Source: Gemmatimonadales bacterium (lineage in GTDB: Bacteria; Gemmatimonadota; Gemmatimonadetes; Gemmatimonadales; GWC2-71-9). From it: a stretch of DNA of 54,855 nt. Both the position numbers and the translations under genes were made by a program. How positions within the stretch are numbered: the first letter of the stretch is position 1; the number at the start of each line of letters is the position of its first letter. The notes beneath the pieces were generated by a model. That model searched no databases. It worked only from the letters and a program-made list of their open reading frames with translations, and was not told where the DNA came from. The stretch spans positions 1-54,855 of the forward strand of contig JACCQZ010000065.1 in assembly GCA_013813875.1 (NCBI GenBank), given 5' to 3'. Positions 50,192 to 54,855 of the stretch are shown here, one piece after another.

Positions 50192-50256
50192 GTCACGCTG
50201 AGCGTAGCGAGGCGGCCGACGCGACGTTATGGCCCCTTCGCTACGCTCAGGGTGAC
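50192..50256. repeat. REP-like palindromic element (GTCACSCTGAGCGTAGCGA..GG inverted pair)
   Basis: Left arm: GTCACGCTGAGCGTAGCGAGG (50192-50212). Right arm: CCTTCGCTACGCTCAGGGTGAC (50235-50256). A 13-bp perfect core CTGAGCGTAGCGA/TCGCTACGCTCAG is flanked by a further 5 bp. It lies downstream of the hydrolase gene stop. Confidence 0.75.
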
Positions 50257-50289
50257 AACGGTCAGCGATAGGGACTCGAGCGCAGACCT

Positions 50290-51177
50290 CTAGGCGCCGG
50301 AGAGGAACCAGTCTACCGCGCGGCGGACGATGGGCGCTGGAACGATATGGGGACCCTCGAACTCCTGGTAGAGCACGTCATAGCCGTCTCGACGCAACAT
50401 CGGCACGATCCTTCGGCTGCAGCGATCGATCGGCAGCACCTCGTCCCTGGTGCCGTGAGAGATGAACAGCTTGGGCGATCCGTGCCGGGCGGCCGCGGCG
50501 GTGAGCCCGGGCGAGAAGGCCATGGCATGGGTAAAGAGATCGCCGTTGGTGATACCGAGCGAGAGCGCATAGCTGGCGCCGTCGGAAAAGCCTTCGGCCG
50601 CGATCCGCGCCGGATCCACGGCGTAGCGGGCAAAGGTCTGCTCCAGCGCCCGGTCCAGGAACGCGACGTCAGGCCCGTACACTCCCATGACCGCGTCCCA
50701 GGTGGACTCGCGCGAGTCGGGCGCCAGGAGGAGAATCCCGGCTTCATCGGCAAGGGGCAGAAGCCGGCTGAGCTCGCGGCGGCCGGTGCCATAGGCGCCG
50801 TGCAGCACGACAACGAGTGGCGCCGGCCTCTCGGCTCGATAGCTCACGGGCACATACAAGGCGCCGTCCCGGTTGGACCCGGCAAGGCCGAGCGGGAGCA
50901 GGCCGGTGGCATGGGAGCCGGCGGCCGGAACCGCAGCGGAAGGCCGGGCGGTCAACCGTCCGCGCAAGGAGTCCTTGCGGCGCCCGCCATCATCTTTCAC
51001 GGCAACACTCCCAGGCGCCCGCCCGCTGCTGCATGCCCCCGCCACCGCCGCCAGGCCCGCTCCGGCAATGCGCAGGAGATCGCGCCGGCTCAGAGAGGAG
51101 AGCGGCGGCACCCACTCAGCACTCGTCCTCATCACTCCCATGTGTCGGAGACGACGAATACCCTGTTGCACGGACAT
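50290..51177 (-). CDS. Secreted alpha/beta hydrolase (phospholipase/carboxylesterase-type esterase), Tat signal
   Basis: 295 aa. SRRDLLRIAGAGLAAVAGA (twin-arginine-like), VVVLHGAYG, GFSDGAS (GxSxG), FISHGTRDEVLP. Confidence 0.7.
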   Translation of the reverse strand: MSVQQGIRRLRHMGVMRTSAEWVPPLSSLSRRDLLRIAGAGLAAVAGACSSGRAPGSVAVKDDGGRRKDSLRGRLTARPSAAVPAAGSHATGLLPLGLAGSNRDGALYVPVSYRAERPAPLVVVLHGAYGTGRRELSRLLPLADEAGILLLAPDSRESTWDAVMGVYGPDVAFLDRALEQTFARYAVDPARIAAEGFSDGASYALSLGITNGDLFTHAMAFSPGLTAAAARHGSPKLFISHGTRDEVLPIDRCSRRIVPMLRRDGYDVLYQEFEGPHIVPAPIVRRAVDWFLSGA

Positions 51178-51269
51178 AACCCGCTGTCGCGGACTCTGGA
51201 CGCCACGTATCTTGGGGAAAACGTATCCTACGCCGACCCTTGTTTCAGCCTCCAGCCGAGTGCTCGGCC

Positions 51270-51910
51270 ATGATTCGATTCCGCGTCAACGGCGAACAGC
51301 GCGACTGGGACGGTGATCCCGCGCTGCCCCTGCTCTGGTACCTCCGCGACGAGCTCGCTCTTACCGGCACCAAGTTCGGCTGCGGGATCGCGGCCTGCGG
51401 CGCCTGCACCGTGCATCTGGACGGCGAGGCCATCCGGGCCTGCGTCACGCCGGTCTCGAGCGCCGCGGGCAAGCGGGTCACCACCATCGAGGGGCTCAGC
51501 CGGGAAGGCGATCATCCGGTACAGCGCGCCTGGCGAGACGCACGCTCAGCATTCCGCGGGTGGACGTGGCGGTGGATGCCGGGTTCATCGCCAACCCGGA
51601 CCGGGCCCGCGCCCAGATGGAGGGCGCCACGATGATGGGGTTGGGCAACGCGCTCTATGGCGAAATCACCTTCAAGGACGGCCGGGTGGTGCAGTCCAAC
51701 TATGGAGATTATCGGGTGGCGCGGATGGACGCAGCCCCGCGTGAGCTGCACGTGCACCTGGCGCCCAGCGACGCGCCGCCAGGTGGGATCGGCGAGCCGG
51801 GAGTGCCGCCGATCGCACCGGCCCTGTGCAATGCCATCCACGCGGCCACCGGAAGGCGGATCCGCCGCTTACCGGTAGCCAACCAGCTTACCGCACCGAG
51901 CGTGGCGTAA
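51270..51910 (+). pseudogene. Deletion remnant of an aldehyde oxidase/isoquinoline oxidoreductase-type operon: 2Fe-2S small-subunit N-half joined to the last ~116 codons of the Mo-binding large subunit
   Basis: 51270-~51540 encodes [38 protein letters not shown], then loses similarity, and the second Cys cluster is missing. From ~51545, in a different frame, comes ..[45 protein letters not shown], typical of the C-terminus of the ~700-aa large subunit. Confidence 0.7.
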
Positions 51911-51916
51911 GAGCGG

Positions 51917-52156
51917 CTACTTGCCGGACGGGCCCTGGCCTCGTCCGGTTTTCTCCTGCAGGTCGTCAATACGCTTCGAAGCCTCGGCCTTGGTGAGGTT
52001 CTCCTCGACTTCCTCGCCGGCTTCGCTGGCGAGTGTCTTCAGATATGAGGATTGGGCGCCGGTCATCGGCTCGTCGCCGGTGGTCCACTCTTCAGGATCC
52101 TTGATGCGGTTGGAGGCCTCGTCGGGCCCCGGGTTGTTTTCCGCCTTGCGTGACAT
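51917..52156 (-). CDS. DUF3072 domain-containing protein
   Basis: 79 aa from ATG 52156. ..DPEEWTTGDEPMTGAQSSYLKTLASEAGEEVEENLTKAEASKRIDDLQ.. is the DUF3072 signature. Confidence 0.75.
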   Translation of the reverse strand: MSRKAENNPGPDEASNRIKDPEEWTTGDEPMTGAQSSYLKTLASEAGEEVEENLTKAEASKRIDDLQEKTGRGQGPSGK

Positions 52157-52250
52157 CGGTGGCTCCTTGGCAGATAACCTGAGACTGCTGGGACACCGAA
52201 AGAAAGCCGAAGTGAGGGCGCCGGGCAAGCGCCCTCCAGCGTTCAAGACG

Positions 52251-52454
52251 ATGCACACCATCTCCATTCCAGAGGCCATTATGCCGCTGAGGAAAGGCAC
52301 GCCGGTGATCGAGATTGATACGCTGGAGAAGCTCGTCAGTCACTGCGGAGTGGACGCGTTTCAGATCGCCAAGTCCGGCGGCGCCTGGCGCATCATCGGC
52401 CTCACCGATACCCGGCGGAGCGAAGGTTGTCCCGGCCAAGGAGCCGAGCGGTGA
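52251..52454 (+). CDS. Hypothetical small protein (67 aa)
   Basis: MHTISIPEAIMPLRKGTPVIEIDTLEKLVSHCGVDAFQIAKSGGAWRIIGL... Mostly G/C-ending codons. The stop overlaps GTG 52451 of the DUF1499 gene (GTGA). No family recognised. Confidence 0.35.
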   Translation: MHTISIPEAIMPLRKGTPVIEIDTLEKLVSHCGVDAFQIAKSGGAWRIIGLTDTRRSEGCPGQGAER

Positions 52455-53179
52455 CGCGAGTGCGCCGGCTGGCGCCGGCGCTCGCGGTCATCGCGGCGGC
52501 CCTCGTCCTTCTGTCGGGACCGGGCACGCGACTGGGCCTCTGGGAATTCTCTACCGGCTTCGTCCTGCTCCGGTGGGGCGCCTATCTCGGGTTGGCCAGC
52601 GCGGGCCTCGGCTTGATATCACTGCTGTGGCGGGGGCGGGAGGATCGGCGCTGGCTTCCGCTTCTCGCCGTGATACTGGGCCTCGCCTCGGCGCTGGTGC
52701 CGTGGCGCTTGATGCAGCAGGCCCGAGGTGTCCCTTCAATTCACGACATCACCACCGATACCGAGCGGCCACCGGAGTTCGTGGCGGTGCTGCCGCTGCG
52801 GGCCGATGCGCCCAACCCCGCAACCTATGGCGGACCGGAGGTCGCAGCGGCGCAGCGCCAGGGGTATCCCAACATCGGCCCGCTCGTGCTGGACGCGACA
52901 CCCGCCGTAGCGTTCCGCCGTGCGCTGGAGGCCGCGCGGGAAATGGATTGGGAAATGGTCGCCGCCGACTCCACCAGCGGCCGCATCGAGGCGACGGCAA
53001 CGACGCCCTGGTTCGGCTTCAAGGACGACGTCGTGGTGCGGGTACAGCCGGCCGAACGCGGCAGCCGAGTAGACGTCCGCTCGGTCTCGCGGGTCGGTGG
53101 CAGCGACGTAGGCGCGAATGCACAGCGCATTCGCGCCTACCTGGCCGAGCTGTCGAATGCCGGGGCCGATTCCGACTAG
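52451..53179 (+). CDS. DUF1499 domain-containing membrane protein
   Basis: N-terminal TM helices, then ..IHDITTDTERPPEF...GRIEATATTPWFGFKDDVVVRV...RSVSRVGGSDVGANAQRIRAYL, the DUF1499 pattern. The start is uncertain (GTG 52451 or TTG 52427). Confidence 0.75.
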   Translation: MTRVRRLAPALAVIAAALVLLSGPGTRLGLWEFSTGFVLLRWGAYLGLASAGLGLISLLWRGREDRRWLPLLAVILGLASALVPWRLMQQARGVPSIHDITTDTERPPEFVAVLPLRADAPNPATYGGPEVAAAQRQGYPNIGPLVLDATPAVAFRRALEAAREMDWEMVAADSTSGRIEATATTPWFGFKDDVVVRVQPAERGSRVDVRSVSRVGGSDVGANAQRIRAYLAELSNAGADSD

Positions 53180-54042
53180 AAGCGGAAGTCGCCGGCGTCC
53201 ACCGTCTCGCCCGCCTCCACCACCACACCTTTGACGGCGGTGGTATTCCGCCGCAGATCCTCGGCGACCACCTGGTAACGGCCCGGTCGAAGGAACGAAG
53301 CCTTGAAGCGTCCATCGGCGGTGGGGCGGGTGGTGGCCACCAGCGGACCCAACGCCACCAGCGAGTCGGTGCCATAGTGGACGCTCACGACCGAGCTCGG
53401 GATGGGGTTTCCATCCGCGCCCCTGACGGTGCCTGCCACGGCGCCGGAGCCCGCGCGGGTGATCGCCCGGAGCCAGGGAATGAAGGTGAAGCCGCCGTTG
53501 TCGTCGTAGAGGAAGCTGCGTCCGACGTCGAAGTCAATCACGATGTCCTCACCGTTCTGGTCGATGGCCATCGCCTCTTCCACCAGGGCAAACAGCTCCG
53601 GATCTTCCGCCTTCGACTGCCAGTTGATTCCGGGCGACCCGGGAGTCGAGGTGGAAACGATCTTCTCGCCGTCGGTGGTGGTGATGCTGGATCGGGCGGG
53701 GTCGAAGACGACGCGGACGGCTTGGTATTGACCCGGCGGCACATCGCCCGCGCCGAGCAGGGCCGTAGACCCGTTCTGCAGATCGAGCAGGTTGAAGGTG
53801 CGGTCGGGTGTTGTCACCGGCACCCATTCCGGAGCTCGCTTGGCGGTGTCAACCGATGTGGACACAGCGATGCTCACCACGTGGACGTCCACCCGGCTCA
53901 CCCCGTCGAAGGGGAAGGGCGCATCGGTCAGAAAGATTGCCGTGCTGCCATCACTGGGGGTCAGGGGTCCGATCTCGGAGGTAGTGCAGGCGGCCCAGGT
54001 AAGGATGCCGCCGAGCCCGAGTGCAAGGTGGAAGGTGCGCAT
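53176..54042 (-). CDS. DUF4382 domain lipoprotein with C-terminal carboxypeptidase-regulatory-like domain
   Basis: 288 aa with lipobox ILTWAAC. ..IFLTDAPFPFDGVSRVDVHVVSI..FNLLDLQNGSTALLG..PGQYQAVRVVF.. is the DUF4382 pattern. ..GAVAGTVRGADGNPIPSSVVSV.. is CarboxypepD_reg-like. Confidence 0.7.
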   Translation of the reverse strand: MRTFHLALGLGGILTWAACTTSEIGPLTPSDGSTAIFLTDAPFPFDGVSRVDVHVVSIAVSTSVDTAKRAPEWVPVTTPDRTFNLLDLQNGSTALLGAGDVPPGQYQAVRVVFDPARSSITTTDGEKIVSTSTPGSPGINWQSKAEDPELFALVEEAMAIDQNGEDIVIDFDVGRSFLYDDNGGFTFIPWLRAITRAGSGAVAGTVRGADGNPIPSSVVSVHYGTDSLVALGPLVATTRPTADGRFKASFLRPGRYQVVAEDLRRNTTAVKGVVVEAGETVDAGDFRF

Positions 54043-54177
54043 CGTCGTCTCCAGTGGTCAAAGTGATCAGCTCACGTTCTCATGGACTCGACGCTGCTCT
54101 GGGCTGTGACCACAGACCCCGAAAGCCGCGGAGGGCGGGTCCGGCTGTCACAACCGAGGGATGCGCGTGGTCAATCC

Positions 54178-54717
54178 ATGATGAGCGACAGCGATGCCGC
54201 GCTCGTCGCCCGGACGCTCGATGGTGACCTCGAGGCGTTCTCCATCCTGATGGCGCGCTATCGCGATGCGTTCGGGCGATATGCCTACCACATGCTGGGC
54301 AACCGGGAGGACGCGCAAGAAGCCATGCAGGACAGCTTTGTCCGAGCCTATCGGGCGCTCGGAGATTGCCGGCAACCCGACCGCTTCGGTGCCTGGCTGC
54401 TGCGGATCGTGGTCAACCGCTGCCTTACCATGCGCCGGCGGCTGAAGCGCCGGCAGCAGTTCAGCGCCGACCTGCCGGACCAGATGCCGGCCGGCGGGGA
54501 AGCGCCGGATTCCTTCGAGTGGCGGGACGAGATCGCCCGGGCGCTGGGCCGGCTCCGTCCCCACTACCGGGAAGCCTTTCTGTTGCGTTACGTAGAGGGA
54601 CTGGAGTATGCGGAAATGTCGAGAATGACGGGGGCCAAGGAGGCGGCGCTTCGTATGCGGGTGAAGCGCGCCGGCGACCAGCTTCGCGAGCTGCTGCGAG
54701 ACGTTCATGCCGGTTGA
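54178..54717 (+). CDS. ECF RNA polymerase sigma factor
   Basis: MMSDSDAALVARTLDGDLEAFSILMARY..EDAQEAMQDSFVRAY..FGAWLLRIVVNRCL..YREAFLLRYVEGLEYAEMSRMTGAKEAALRMRVKRA. Confidence 0.85.
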   Translation: MMSDSDAALVARTLDGDLEAFSILMARYRDAFGRYAYHMLGNREDAQEAMQDSFVRAYRALGDCRQPDRFGAWLLRIVVNRCLTMRRRLKRRQQFSADLPDQMPAGGEAPDSFEWRDEIARALGRLRPHYREAFLLRYVEGLEYAEMSRMTGAKEAALRMRVKRAGDQLRELLRDVHAG

Positions 54718-54855
54718 GCGCGACGACGAGGTCCGGGATGAGCTGCTGCAGCGGGTCGTGGCCGAGTTGCGCCGACCGGTGCGGCTCGACCCCAGCGTTG
54801 ACGCCCGGGCGCTGCGGGAAATCCGCCGGCTGGGCGCCGCCGGGCGGCCACGCCC
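54707..54855 (+). CDS. Putative anti-sigma factor, N-terminal part (3' end outside window)
   Basis: ATG 54707 overlaps the sigma gene end by 11 nt. The frame is open to the window edge (MPVERDDEVRDELLQRVVAELRRPVRLDP..). The call rests on position only. Confidence 0.4.
   Translation, partial: MPVERDDEVRDELLQRVVAELRRPVRLDPSVDARALREIRRLGAAGRPR

Overview
54.9-kb high-GC chromosomal window. The gene content (ADOP duplicated permease, GWxTD protein, many secreted peptidases, several ECF sigma factors) suggests a Gemmatimonadota/Acidobacteriota-like soil bacterium; this is inference from content only. I support about 60 protein genes and found no rRNA, tRNA, CRISPR array, transposase or phage genes. 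Positions 17306 down to 3789 form one long minus-strand housekeeping block: SufR-like regulator, sufB-sufC-sufD-sufS-sufU, bacilliredoxin, a small His-rich ORF, mnmG, a ~960-bp non-coding gap bracketed by two parS sites (rsmG is absent), then parA-parB-M23 peptidase-bactofilin and Nif3. The remainder holds def, ferredoxin, a thioesterase/hydrolase fusion, RNase D, a SufT-like protein, a matrixin plus beta-lactamase-like pair, an MMPL transporter, polA, a GWxTD protein, a Ser/Thr kinase overlapping pyrE, a Vgb-like propeller, an ADOP permease, an APC permease, aminopeptidase P, an ECF-sigma module with three LTXXQ (CpxP/Spy-like) paralogs, a TolC-MFP-RND efflux operon, a deletion-scarred ior-type oxidoreductase remnant and a second ECF sigma pair. 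The most unusual signal is non-genic. Six hairpin elements at gene boundaries have arms built from tandem 7-nt units, with four different heptamers and paralogous copies kilobases apart. A second oddity is a ~650-bp strongly purine-skewed non-coding stretch between the two parS sites. All functional calls rest on motif recognition by eye in the supplied translations; no database search was run.
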